The notes beneath the pieces are model-generated. The model was not told the DNA's origin. It saw nothing but the letters and a program-made list of their open reading frames with translations, and did no database searches. From Candidatus Spongiisociaceae bacterium (GTDB taxonomy: Bacteria > Actinomycetota > Acidimicrobiia > Spongiisociales > Spongiisociaceae), in the NCBI GenBank assembly GCA_965262915.1, contig OZ253564.1:1280001-1344000 (forward strand): a stretch of DNA of 64,000 nucleotides. The letters run 5' to 3'. Made by a program: the position numbers and the translations under genes. Every line of letters begins with the position of its first letter. Position 1 is the first letter of the stretch. Of this stretch, positions 1 through 10,890 are shown in pieces.

Positions 1-3000
1 TCACCACAGGCACTGGTTCGGGCAAGACCGAGGCATTCCTGCTCCCGATCCTCTCAAAGCTAGCTGACGAGGCCAGCCTGCGGCCGTGGTCGTTCGCGAT
101 GCCCGCTGTCCGCGCCCTGCTGCTCTATCCCATGAATGCACTTGTCAACGACCAGCTTGGCAGGCTTAGGCTCATGTTTGGTGACTCACTCGTCTCGGGA
201 TCCTTCCAAGAGTGGGCTGGCCGGCCCGCTCGGTTCGCTCGCTACACGAGCCGTACCCTGTATCCCGGCGTTAGGTCTGTGAGCAAAGACCAGCTGCGCC
301 TAAAGTCCATTGCGGACTTCTATGTCAAGTTGGTGGAACAGGCCCAGGACCTCGACGACCCGAACAGGAGGGCAGCTGCCAGACTCATCAAGAACCTCCA
401 AGACCGGGGAAAGTGGCCAGCCAAGCCCGATTTAGCTACGTGGTATGGAGGGACTGGAGCTCGATGGCGTAACAGGGCCGGGCAGTTTCAGCGTGCTGTC
501 ATGCTGCCCGATGATCCAGAACTCCTGACGCGTCATGAGGTGCTTGCAGCGCCGCCGGATCTGCTGGTAACCAACTACTCGATGCTCGAGTACATGCTGA
601 TGCGGCCGCTAGAACGACCTATCTTCGACTATACACGAGAGTGGCTCATCAGGAATCCGGAAGAGCGGTTGTTGCTCGTCATCGACGAAGCCCATCTCTA
701 CCGTGGGGCCGCTGGCACCGAGGTTGCACTTTTGCTTCGGAGGCTACGGGATCGGCTTGGAATCGCGGCGGATCGCCTGCAAGTCATCTGTACAAGCGCA
801 AGCTTCCATCATCGCGAGTATGCCGCAAACTTCGCAGCGGACCTGGCAGGCAAGGATCTCGGGGACTTTATTACCGTGACAGGCGACCTCGCCCTCCGCT
901 ACAGCGCCGCTGTTGGGAGCGCGAGCGATGCGGCACTACTTGCATCCATCTCGCTCGCCGACTTCTACGAGTCCCAGTCCGAAAGCGATCGGCTGTCGGC
1001 TGTCAAGTGCTTTCTTGTTTGTCGTGGCGTAGACACGGATCAACCGTGCAGCCGAGCGCTGTATGAGGCACTACACGACTATCCGCCGATGAGCCAACTG
1101 GTGAATACCACCATGCGTGAGGCTCTCTCTATTGACGAACTAAGCCGGGAACTCTTCCCAACAGCAGAAGAGCACTTAGCCCAGCGAGCATTGACGGCGC
1201 TCGTAGGTCTCGGTAGTTTCGCCCGCAGGGATCCTAAGCAGCCCGGGCTCCTCCCATGCCGCGTCCACTCCTTCTTCCGTGGGCTTCCTGGACTCTGGGC
1301 GTGTTTGGATGAGGAATGTACGGAACGGGACGAGACCCTCGACCCCGGCCCGGTGGGGGCTCTCTACTCGCAGCCACACGACACTTGCCGTTGCGGGAGT
1401 CGGATATTCGAATTCTATACCTGCAGAAACTGCGGAGCTGCCTATGCCCGTGCTTACACAGATAACGTGGAATGTCCCGACTTCTTGTGGGCCGAGGCAG
1501 GCAGTTCATTTCGGTCGGCTGCAGGGCACATTGAGGAACTGCAGCCGCTTGACCTGCTGCTGGAGTCGCCGTCCACTGACGATGTCGAGCTAGCGGACCT
1601 TGACTTAGTTACAGGTCGCATTAATCCAGAACGCCTTGGTAGCCGGGTCCGCAGCGTATACCTAAAAGCGGAGCGTCTCAACCCTCCAACCAACGAGGAC
1701 GAAGAGGAGCCACATTCGACTTCGAGTCTCGGTGAGTTCCGGCCGTGCGGTGTGTGCCGCCAGCAGGCTCCTTTTGGTCGTACGTTCGTTCAGGACCATC
1801 AGACAAAAGGCGATCAGCCCTTCCAGGCCCTTATTACGAGACAACTACAGGTCCAGCCCCCAAGCCCTGCACCTGCTACGGACTTTGCTCCACTCCGCGG
1901 GCGGAAAATTCTAGCTTTCTCCGACTCTCGCCAGACCGCAGCCCGCCTGGCACCCAAACTCCAAGATTACTCGATGAGAGACGCTTTGCGTCCGTTGATC
2001 CTACGTGGATGGCGGGATCTCAGTGGTATACCAGGGCTCGAGGATCAACTCTGCCTCAACGACCTGTACCTCTCCATCCTCATCGCCGCGGAGTCTATGG
2101 GTGTTCGTCTCCGGCCCAAACTCAAGGGCGTCGAATCCCTCCGCGCTGCGTTGACGGTCCGAGAGGAACTGGAGTCCGGCGCATTGGACGACCCATTCAA
2201 GACACTTCATCTCGTAATGGATGTGCGTAGTGAGAGACCGCCGGAGTCCTTGCTGCGCGCAGTGAACGAGATTCTCACTAGTCGCTACTTTGGTCTCCAA
2301 TCGCTTGCACTCGCGTCCGTTTGCGAACGTGGTAAGTTCACCTCCAGAATCGAGGAGCTCCCAGATCTGGCTGTTGCCTTTGATAGTGAGCAGAAGCTGG
2401 CGCTCGCACGGATGTGGCTTTTCTACTGGTCCAACCAGGGCTACTGGTTCCCAACCATGACCGAGGCGTTCTGGCAGACGCCGCGCGGGGTCCGCCCGCA
2501 CTCTGGCAGCTTTCAACCACTCAAGCGGTGGCTAGCAGACGAGACCACATCCAGAGTATTCAGAAAGCATTGGCTACCCATGTTGCTTAGCCTCTTCACC
2601 GAAACTGTCGCTCCAAGAAAGCACCGTATCCTTGCTCAGAACCTTGCCTTAGATCTAGAGGGGACTTGGGCGTACTGCCAGGCCTGCCGGTCAACCCAGC
2701 GTCCCTTCCCTGGCTCCAACAGATGCGTCTTGTGCTGCAGCGTTGGGTCGGTCCGAGAAATCGACCCAGACAACGACCAGGTCTTTATAGCCAGAAAAGG
2801 CTACTACCGAGCGAGTTCAGTACGCGCCCTGTCAAGCCCCTCCGAGCCCCCCTTGGCTCTAATTGCTGCGGAACACACAGCTCAATTGAATGCCGCTGAG
2901 ACGGATGAGGTGTTCTCGCGAGCGGAGCAGTACGAACTTCTGTTCCAGGATGTAGACATCGGCTTACCTATCCCCGGAAATCAATCCCACGCCGCTATCG

Positions 3001-5222
3001 ACGTCTTGTCATGTACGACTACAATGGAGGTGGGTATCGATATAGGTTCTCTCTCTGGTATCGCTCTCCGGAATATGCCGCCCTCTCGGTCGAGTTATCA
3101 ACAACGTGCAGGTAGGGCAGGTAGGCGCGGTAATGCTGTTGCCACTGTCGTTGCCTTCGGAAGTGCCGACAGCCACGACGAGCAGTACTTTCGTGAGCCA
3201 GCCGCTATGGTTCGAGGGAGAGTTGATGATCCAAGCCTAACGCTCGATAATGAAGAGATAGCGCAAAGACATGTGACTGCCTACCTGTTCCAGCGCTATC
3301 ACCAAGATCGACTCCCGACCATCGAGCCAGAGGATCAACCACACCTCTTCGCTGTACTGGGAACGGTAGCCGAATTCTTGGAGACGGCTTCTGAACTAAA
3401 CCGGTGGGATTTTGAAGAATGGTTGCGAGCCGCCGAGTCTGATCTATACATGTCAGTAGAGAGTTGGCTCCCGCAAGAGATCGATCCGACCGATCGCGCC
3501 ACTCTACTAGACCACTTCGTAGATGAGACCCTCCGGATAGTTGATGATGCCCTCTCGACTAGACAGCCTTTAAACGCTCCAACTTCCGACGCCTCTGTTC
3601 GTACAGGAAGGGCTGAGGGGACTTACCATGACGAGTTACAGCTCGAGGTACAGGCGGAGGTAGGCGAGGAGTCACGAACAAGTGGGAGCGGAGTCGAAAA
3701 CCTTCTTGATCGCCTACTCTATAAGGGTGTACTACCCCGATATGCATTTCCGACAGACGTCGTTTCTTTTCATATATTCGATCGCAATCGGTCTACCCGA
3801 TTCCGGGCCGCGTTCGAATACGCGCCTAGTCAAGGCTTGCCAGTTGCCCTATCCCAGTATGCTCCGGGCAAGGAAGTCTGGATCGATGGAAAACTTTGGA
3901 CGTCGGGGGCCCTGTACTCGCCCATACATGAGGACCGTTGTGAAGCGTGGCGTCAGCGTCGTCTCTACTTCGAGTGCAGTGTGTGCCGCTATGCGTGCAC
4001 AGTCGGTCAGACCGAGGCAGACAAGGGTGAGATAAGGGATTGTCCTGCATGTAGGACAGCAGCATCGTTCGGTACAGCGAAGAACTGGATGCGTCCCCCA
4101 GGATTCGCTCATCGGTCTACTGTAAAGGAGGGTACGTCGCCCGAGGATCAGCCAATAAGAAGCTACGCCACCCGTGCAAAACTCGTGGCGGAGGGACCAG
4201 CGGATCCTGATAAATGGCAGCCCGTAACATCCTACCTACGCGAATACTTCCACCGCACCCATCTCTTGGTGACGAACAGTGGCCCGCGCCGGGAGGGTTA
4301 CACTTACTGTACTAAGTGTGGCGTGATCGCCCCCACGGCGACCCCTGATTCCGGCATCTCGGGTGAGCACCCCAAGCCGTATCCCGACGAGCGTGAGCCT
4401 AACTGCACCGGTTCTGCAGCAGCAAGGGGACTCGTTCTAGGAACAGACTTCATCTCCGACGTACTTCTGATCGGACTGAAGGTCGGGCCACCGATGACAC
4501 TTCAGCCTGGGTACCTTGCAACAGATGTTGCACTCAGAACACTCGCAGATGCGATCACCATCGCAGGCTCGCTGGCTCTTGAGATCGAGCCAGGCGAACT
4601 CCAGGCTGAGTACCGTCCGGCTCTCGCTCCTGATGGCGATTCAGGGCTCGAGGCCGAGATTTACCTATATGATACCCTCGCTGGAGGCGCAGGATTCGCT
4701 CGACGTATCGGAGACATGGGCCTCCGACTCTTTGAAGATACAGTACAACTACTCGAAGGCTGTCCCTCGGAGTGCGATCGGTCCTGCTACCGCTGTTTAC
4801 GTAGTTTCAAAAACAGATTTGAACACGACCTACTTGACCGACATGTCGCTGCGAGCTTGCTCCGATACTTGCTCCGCGGTGAGGAACCGACGTTGACGAA
4901 GAGCAGGCTCGAAGTCTCCACAGATCGACTCTTCGAAGACCTGGACCGCCAGGGCCTTGAAGAAGTACAGTTCACTCGGAATACCCTAATAGATATCACG
5001 GGGATCGGTAGGATTGAAGTACCGATCTTGGCCCGATATGCTGGCGGCGATCTAATCATCGGTCTTCACACACCACTCACACCTGGCTATGCGGCAGACC
5101 CAGCCCTACGTGATGTAGCGGAGTACAGTACTACGACACCGGTGGTATTGGTAGACGAGATTCTTGTGAGTCGCCACCTACCTCGCGCAAGTATACAGGT
5201 CCTTGAAGCAGTAAACGCTTGA
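1..5222 (+). CDS. Large DEAD/DEAH-box SF2 helicase with C-terminal DUF1998 (YprA/Hrq1 superfamily, DruE-like); 5' end lies outside the window
   Basis: Frame is open from base 3: TTGTGSGKTE (Walker A), LYPMNALVNDQ, IDEAH, TSAS, FSDSRQTAA, TTTMEVGIDIG, QQRAGRAGRR, several CxxC pairs, terminal C...CDRSCYRCL zinc motif. Confidence 0.9.
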   Translation, partial: TTGTGSGKTEAFLLPILSKLADEASLRPWSFAMPAVRALLLYPMNALVNDQLGRLRLMFGDSLVSGSFQEWAGRPARFARYTSRTLYPGVRSVSKDQLRLKSIADFYVKLVEQAQDLDDPNRRAAARLIKNLQDRGKWPAKPDLATWYGGTGARWRNRAGQFQRAVMLPDDPELLTRHEVLAAPPDLLVTNYSMLEYMLMRPLERPIFDYTREWLIRNPEERLLLVIDEAHLYRGAAGTEVALLLRRLRDRLGIAADRLQVICTSASFHHREYAANFAADLAGKDLGDFITVTGDLALRYSAAVGSASDAALLASISLADFYESQSESDRLSAVKCFLVCRGVDTDQPCSRALYEALHDYPPMSQLVNTTMREALSIDELSRELFPTAEEHLAQRALTALVGLGSFARRDPKQPGLLPCRVHSFFRGLPGLWACLDEECTERDETLDPGPVGALYSQPHDTCRCGSRIFEFYTCRNCGAAYARAYTDNVECPDFLWAEAGSSFRSAAGHIEELQPLDLLLESPSTDDVELADLDLVTGRINPERLGSRVRSVYLKAERLNPPTNEDEEEPHSTSSLGEFRPCGVCRQQAPFGRTFVQDHQTKGDQPFQALITRQLQVQPPSPAPATDFAPLRGRKILAFSDSRQTAARLAPKLQDYSMRDALRPLILRGWRDLSGIPGLEDQLCLNDLYLSILIAAESMGVRLRPKLKGVESLRAALTVREELESGALDDPFKTLHLVMDVRSERPPESLLRAVNEILTSRYFGLQSLALASVCERGKFTSRIEELPDLAVAFDSEQKLALARMWLFYWSNQGYWFPTMTEAFWQTPRGVRPHSGSFQPLKRWLADETTSRVFRKHWLPMLLSLFTETVAPRKHRILAQNLALDLEGTWAYCQACRSTQRPFPGSNRCVLCCSVGSVREIDPDNDQVFIARKGYYRASSVRALSSPSEPPLALIAAEHTAQLNAAETDEVFSRAEQYELLFQDVDIGLPIPGNQSHAAIDVLSCTTTMEVGIDIGSLSGIALRNMPPSRSSYQQRAGRAGRRGNAVATVVAFGSADSHDEQYFREPAAMVRGRVDDPSLTLDNEEIAQRHVTAYLFQRYHQDRLPTIEPEDQPHLFAVLGTVAEFLETASELNRWDFEEWLRAAESDLYMSVESWLPQEIDPTDRATLLDHFVDETLRIVDDALSTRQPLNAPTSDASVRTGRAEGTYHDELQLEVQAEVGEESRTSGSGVENLLDRLLYKGVLPRYAFPTDVVSFHIFDRNRSTRFRAAFEYAPSQGLPVALSQYAPGKEVWIDGKLWTSGALYSPIHEDRCEAWRQRRLYFECSVCRYACTVGQTEADKGEIRDCPACRTAASFGTAKNWMRPPGFAHRSTVKEGTSPEDQPIRSYATRAKLVAEGPADPDKWQPVTSYLREYFHRTHLLVTNSGPRREGYTYCTKCGVIAPTATPDSGISGEHPKPYPDEREPNCTGSAAARGLVLGTDFISDVLLIGLKVGPPMTLQPGYLATDVALRTLADAITIAGSLALEIEPGELQAEYRPALAPDGDSGLEAEIYLYDTLAGGAGFARRIGDMGLRLFEDTVQLLEGCPSECDRSCYRCLRSFKNRFEHDLLDRHVAASLLRYLLRGEEPTLTKSRLEVSTDRLFEDLDRQGLEEVQFTRNTLIDITGIGRIEVPILARYAGGDLIIGLHTPLTPGYAADPALRDVAEYSTTTPVVLVDEILVSRHLPRASIQVLEAVNA

Positions 5223-6427
5223 CAGTAGGTTCCCAGTTCTCGACATCAATCGGACTACGTGGCGTCTGGCCCGGGCCTCCCAGCTACTGGAGTTTTTCGA
5301 GCCTTGAAGAAATGAAGGCTTGCCCACGTCGATTTGCTCTTACTCGTGCGACCTACGCGCAGATCTGGGAGCTAACAGGTTATCCAGACCGTATAACCGA
5401 GCAATCGCTCTTCGGTATCGTGATACACAAAGTTATAGAGACCGTGCTCGGCAGCTTCCTTTCAGCGGGATGTACCTCCGTGTCGGACCAACAAGCTATT
5501 GCCGTAATGCGGAAACTGGGGGGGTACACGGCGATTGTAGCAGCAGAAGTCGGTAGAGCTATCGAACGGCTTCAGTTGAATCCACGGATGGAATCGCAAC
5601 TCAACTATCTAGATGTAAGGCTTCGGCGACGGATGCCCGAAATAAGGGTAGCAGTCCAAAAGCTTATCGCACGTTCCTTACTAGTGAACTCGGAGTCAAT
5701 AGGTGATGGAGGTAGCGGCGTTTGGGCTAGTCGTGCGCCACGTCGTATCAGCAGAGGTTCTCACTCTGAGGTTACCCTCGTCGCCGAGGCCGAGCGGTTC
5801 ACTGGACGTGTGGACCTGGTGACTGTACGAGATGACTCTGCTGATCTGTTGGACTTCAAGTCTGGTAAGCCATCTGATCGTGACGCGCGGCAACTAACTT
5901 TGTATGGGTTGCTATGGGTTAGCGACAAAGTGGCGAACCCCGATCGACTGCCTGTGGGAGCGTTGACAGCTATGTACCCAGATTGTGACCGGTCCGTTCC
6001 CGTGCCCACGCAATGGCAAGCCGTGAAAGTACAACTCCGGGAAGAGATCGAGCGAGCAGAAGAGGAACTTGCCGAAACGCAACCTAAAGCCAACCCGTCT
6101 ACAGAGTGTTACTATTGTCCAGTGCGCCATATGTGTGATGAGTACTGGGGATCACCATTCATACGACGTGACGGAGTCTCATCTTCATTTACCGACATCG
6201 AGGTATTACTACAGCAACGCAACGGACCCCGGAGCTGGAAAGCGCGACTGGTTGCCGACGCCTCCGACATCCTTCTGAGAACCTCCAGCGAGGATGGGGC
6301 GTTCGCGCCTGGACAGCACTTACGTATCTTGGATATCGCACTTGTCGATTCCGGCGATACGGATTGGCCAGTGGCTACTGCAGTGGCTAGTACAGAGGTA
6401 TACAGTGTCGCTGGCGCGATGAGGTAA
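5219..6427 (+). CDS. PD-(D/E)XK nuclease, Cas4/AddB-like with Fe-S cysteines
   Basis: WSFSSLEEMKACPRRF, GRVDLV...LLDFKSG, QLTLY, CYYCPVRHMC; TTG start overlaps the helicase TGA (TTGA). Confidence 0.85.
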   Translation: MTVGSQFSTSIGLRGVWPGPPSYWSFSSLEEMKACPRRFALTRATYAQIWELTGYPDRITEQSLFGIVIHKVIETVLGSFLSAGCTSVSDQQAIAVMRKLGGYTAIVAAEVGRAIERLQLNPRMESQLNYLDVRLRRRMPEIRVAVQKLIARSLLVNSESIGDGGSGVWASRAPRRISRGSHSEVTLVAEAERFTGRVDLVTVRDDSADLLDFKSGKPSDRDARQLTLYGLLWVSDKVANPDRLPVGALTAMYPDCDRSVPVPTQWQAVKVQLREEIERAEEELAETQPKANPSTECYYCPVRHMCDEYWGSPFIRRDGVSSSFTDIEVLLQQRNGPRSWKARLVADASDILLRTSSEDGAFAPGQHLRILDIALVDSGDTDWPVATAVASTEVYSVAGAMR

Positions 6428-6429
6428 CC

Positions 6430-6900
6430 AGGAACAGAACATTGTACGCGTTGGTGAGATAGGCGTCCGCTGCGAGCTCTCGGACGAGTTTGTCATCGAT
6501 GCTGGGCTGGGCGGAGAAGTCAAAGTCTTCGACCTGCCCGGGTCTTGAGAAGTTAGCGAACCTGAGCCGGCCACTCCATCGACGGTGTTAGTTGCTTTGA
6601 CGTCGACCCGAAGCAGCTACTCTAGAAATGCGGTATGACCGATGCTGCTTCGGTTGGCTTGTCCGAGGTGAGCGGGCAGCGCTTCGGCTGCTGCTGCCAG
6701 CTTGAGGTAGGCGAGATGGCTCCGTAGTTACTGGTAGACCGAGTCTTCGCTCATCGGCGCTTCCGATCATGGTTCTGCGGGTCGATGTGCCGTTGGTAGA
6801 TCCCAAGATCAATCACAGCCTCGTTGTGGGCCACGCTGGCTCCGGTGTCAGCTGCGATCGCCAGCGAGTGGATTCTCCTCTCCGGAGTGATTGAGGGAAG
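6430..6900 (-). pseudogene. IS21-family remnant (istA 3' end plus broken istB)
   Basis: Minus-strand fragments HLAYLKLAAAAEALPAHL...TAFLE*LLRVDV and RFANF..EDFDFSAQPSIDDKLVRELAADAYLTNAYNVLFL resemble IstB, with stops and frameshifts. Confidence 0.65.
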
Positions 6901-8219
6901 TCTTCGAATCCGTAGTGGGGGTGAACTGGTCAGGTCTCTATTGTCACGGGGATTCCGATCTGTGTAGCGATTGGCGTGTAGAGGTCTACCTCGACTTCTT
7001 CGGTGTAGAGCGATACGAGGAGTGCATAACGCACCGACAGGTTGTTCCGGTCAGCTCGGTTGTTGTTCTTCCACCATCCACTGACTGGGTACACACCGAG
7101 AACCCCGCAGTCGCCGAGGTCGGCGGCTGTCCCTTCCCACAGGTCCGCATGTAGCGACCCGACATGGCGACTCTGGGGTCCGACAAGCCATTCTGGTTCC
7201 TGTCCTGGACTGTTGTGGGTTCCACCCTCCTCTACTTCGGCGAGACGATTCAAACGGCGTTGGAACTCTACGGTCGTCTCGCCGGGTCGGCGGATGTCGA
7301 ATCTCAGACTGTGGGATGGGTATACGTAGCGGCTTCTCCATCCACGATTCGAAGCATTGGGCTCGATGAAGTAGCTGAGAGTCACCCGCAGCCGCACGGG
7401 TGTTTCGCCAAGATCGAGGAGCTGGTCCCGGGGCCACGGGAGGTCGTGGGTATGCATTTCCCGAAGGCGCGCCTGGCTCCTGTTGTCTTGATCGAAGGGC
7501 TGGATGTGCGATTGGGCGATCAGTGTTACGGCATTGGAAGCACTCCGCAGCACCCGCTCATCGGTGGGGACGCCGAACCCGTAGCGCCTGAGTAGCTGTC
7601 GGCGCTTAGTCTTGGTCGGCGCTTGGTCGATTGCGGCCGCCATAGGCGGCGTCCACTCAGCAGCATGTACGAGCAGCCCTCGGATCGTCTCAGGCCACAG
7701 GTTGGGATAGTTTGCAGCTACCCGCCCGGCGAGGCGTGCTGCTTGAGCCGCCGCAGCGCTGGTCGCGTTTGCGGTCGTGAGCGGACGTCCCAGGGGTTCC
7801 AGGTAGGAGGTTGTCGCGATCGAGACCACATCGTGTTGGTCGAAGTGGGTGGCGTCCGGCGATACTAGGAGGTTGCCGCCTTCCATCACGATGTCCGGCT
7901 TGAGCGGCCAGATCTTAGAGTAATTGACGGATGTCCTGCTGAAGGGTGACAGTTCGCCGCGAGGTGCCAACGGCGTGTATCCAGCGAAGTCGGGATGTTG
8001 CGGCGTGACAGCGAGTTCGGTATAGGCTCCGACGGTCAAAGCGTTCCACGATTGGCCAGGATCTTCGATCGCCAACGTGTCACACACTTCCAGGAAGTTT
8101 GTTTTATGGCCGTCGCGGACGTTCCCTCCTGAGACGATAAGTAGTCGACTGGATTGGGAATCGGGGTCGGTGAGCAACTCGATGCCCGCTTCGGTTGCGG
8201 AAACGTCTGTGCCGAAACT

Positions 8220-9652
8220 GGCTCATCGGATTTCAGTGGGGAGTGACCGATGGGAGTAGGTCCCAGTTGGGTTTCCCCGCGTAGAGAAGGGCGCGGATTC
8301 GGTAGTTCGCGAAGTTGCGGAACCCGAACGCTGCTCGTTTGATCCGTTTGATGAGGTTGTTGAGGGCTTCGGTGGGTCCGTTGGTTACCTTCGAGATGTG
8401 CCAGTTGGTGATCTGGGGGGTCCAGCGGGCGATGGTACGACCCAGCTTGTTGATCTCGGGTGGGCAGGATTCGTGTTGGAGGTCGTCTGCGAGCTGGAGG
8501 GTGTATCGGAGAGCAAGGACCGGACTCTCGATCCCGTAGATGCCTCGTACCGTCTCTTTCGCGTGCCAGGCTGTGCGCACTTCCCCGTAGGGGTCACCAG
8601 CATCGAGGAGACCACGCAGCCGTATTTGACCCCGGTCGCTGATCCTCTCATGCGCAGCGGTTAGGAGCCGCCGTATCCGATACAGCGGGTCATCCTTGCG
8701 GCCTCGATGCCCGAGGGTTTCGTTTTGGACTCTTCGTCGTACCTCGTCGAGACGCTGGTTGGCGAGGCGGATGACGTGGAACGGGTCCGCTACCTGCAGC
8801 GCGTGCGGCAGCACCCTGTCATACGCCTTCCGATACGAACCGGACATGTCCAACACCGCCCAGCGGATAGCCTCACACCATTCGGTGGGTTGTGACCGGA
8901 ACCAGGCTGCGGCGCTTTCTGCTGTTCTACCAGGGACTATGTCGATCAGCTGGTGGCCGCCAACGTCGACGACAGAGGTGCACCAGACTTTGGTACGCCA
9001 ACGGCCCCGACGCCAGAACAACGTCTCGTCCACTCCCACAGCTTCGACGGTCCCGACCCGATCGGTGTCTGCTTCCAGCAGCGCTTCGCCCCAGCGGCCA
9101 ACCTCTTTGTTCACCGTATGCCAATCACAACCAAGTTCTGCGGCGACCTCGTCGACCGAACGGCCCCGCCCACCCACCTGGATGGTCACCCACCGGGCCG
9201 CTCGGGATGTCAACAACGCCCGTTGGGGACCAATCTTGGGGTCTTGTTCGATGAACGATCTGAGCGCACAGTCGGGGTTCGGACATGTCCAGCGCCGTTT
9301 CCGCCACCGCAGCCGCACAGGCCGGCCGAACGCCGGTAAATCCACCAACACAACCGTCCGATAGCCCTTCGACCACACCGACCCGCCACAGGACTCACAC
9401 AACGGCCGGGGCTTGCGGGACCGGATCACCACCTCCAACGGTGCCTCCTCGCCCGGGTCGTTGATCCCTACCAGATCAACCTCACCTAGGCCTACCAACT
9501 TCTCGCACATGCGCGTAGGATCAGCTTCCACAGGGGTCCTCCTGCCTCGGATGTCATTACCAACACCCGATTATGGAGGACCCCTCCTCACTTCTGGTGG
9601 ATTCCAACTCCCCCTGGCAGATCCCCTACTCCCCACTCATTTCCGAAGAGCC
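8220..9652 (-). mobile_element. ISL3-family insertion sequence, 1433 bp, 8-bp TSD
   Basis: IRs GGCTCATCGGATTTCAGTGGGGAGT / GGCTCTTCGGAAATGAGTGGGGAGT (21/25); CCGAAACT duplicated at 8212-8219 and 9653-9660. Confidence 0.95.
8233..9531 (-). CDS. ISL3 transposase
   Basis: Zinc finger CESC...CPNPDC, GVDET, VLDMS, ADPFHV, TNGPTEALNNLIKRIKRAAFGFRNF. Confidence 0.95.
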   Translation of the reverse strand: MEADPTRMCEKLVGLGEVDLVGINDPGEEAPLEVVIRSRKPRPLCESCGGSVWSKGYRTVVLVDLPAFGRPVRLRWRKRRWTCPNPDCALRSFIEQDPKIGPQRALLTSRAARWVTIQVGGRGRSVDEVAAELGCDWHTVNKEVGRWGEALLEADTDRVGTVEAVGVDETLFWRRGRWRTKVWCTSVVDVGGHQLIDIVPGRTAESAAAWFRSQPTEWCEAIRWAVLDMSGSYRKAYDRVLPHALQVADPFHVIRLANQRLDEVRRRVQNETLGHRGRKDDPLYRIRRLLTAAHERISDRGQIRLRGLLDAGDPYGEVRTAWHAKETVRGIYGIESPVLALRYTLQLADDLQHESCPPEINKLGRTIARWTPQITNWHISKVTNGPTEALNNLIKRIKRAAFGFRNFANYRIRALLYAGKPNWDLLPSVTPH

Positions 9653-10890
9653 CCGAAACTGAGGGCATCGATCGTCGCAGACCACAATGTGGGGCGACCA
9701 TCGGATCGGGAGTCTTGGTCGCTAATTGCCATACAGAAAATCCGTCGTCGTGCGGGCACGGATGCCTCCGGTGCGGACACGCCTGCTGCCGTTACGGCTC
9801 CGTAAGTCTCCGGTGGATTGGGAGTCGTATCAGGCAGAATCTTCACGGACTCGAGACGGTGAACCAACTGCACATCCAACCCCGAGGTGAGGACATCGGT
9901 CACGTCACCGAACAGGCCCAGACCTGCCATGGCCGTTCCGTGTCCGTTGCGGTCATGTCCGTCGGGGCCGACTACATCGTGGATGTCTCCAGCGTGGAGC
10001 GAGTCTCGGAACAGGGAGTGCTGGTAGATCCCGGTATCAAGCAGGCACACGGCGGGTGCATGCTCTGGAGCTGGGACGATGCGCCTTAGTGTTTTCTTTA
10101 CCCATTCCTGCTGGGTCTCGCGAGGAAGTTCGGCAGGCGAAGCCAGACTCGCGTATCGGATCTCAGCGATCGGAAGCCGAGACGCTAAAGAGGCACCCAG
10201 AGATGCCAAGTCTGTCCGGACGGCCGTAACGGTGCGTCCTGGGCGTGGGAACTCGACCGCTTGTGCAGCCAGTTCCCACTCGGCGCTTGCTGCGACCTGG
10301 GTGAGAGTGTCGAGTTCTTGTCCGGTACGGCGGAGCCAGATCTCCCACCAGCCCATGCTCTCGCTGGGATACGGACGGTGATCCGTCCACAACTGCTCCA
10401 GCGTCGCCCGCTGCAAGGACGCGATGTTGGCCACGAGCTTCTCGTGGCGTGGCGTGCCCTTGCGCGTTTCCTCATTGGCGTAGCGGTCAAGCCGTGAGAA
10501 GAACTGCCCGACTTGAGAGTCAGGAACGGAGACTGTCGCGATCTCGGCTGATAGAGGATCACCGGCAGGCAGTCTCACTGAGAGCAACTCGATACCCGAC
10601 CCTCGGAGATCGAGACTCTCCAAGGCGAGTGTGAACCCGTTCGGCCAACCCACCACAGCGAGAATGACACCGTCCGCTTTCAGTTCTTCGGACCACTGCT
10701 CTCGGGCATCCTGTGCCTCATCGATCGCCCCCTCGAGGCCTTCACGCAGTGCGCTGGCGTGTGCCTGCCGGTCGGGGATCTTAGGTAGCTTTGGTTGACC
10801 GTCCCCGCCACCGCGCCGCTGGTATCGGTCGGTGATCGGCTCGGCTGGAACCAGGATATGTGGAAGCTCGTAGACCATTCGCCCGCCCGA

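Larger units (their letters stand above)
6930..10878 (-). pseudogene. ietS: S8 (subtilisin-like) peptidase, IetS-like, split by ISL3
   Basis: N-half (9637-10878) has LLDTG and HGTAMAG; C-half (6930-8177) has ATSAAA. Removing the IS and one TSD leaves 2508 nt in frame (835 aa; junction IDALSFG-TDVSATEAGIELLTDP). Confidence 0.85.

Noticed and set aside
5219-6427. cas4 of a CRISPR-Cas locus
   Set aside because: No cas1/cas2 or array in the window; the gene is coupled to a helicase
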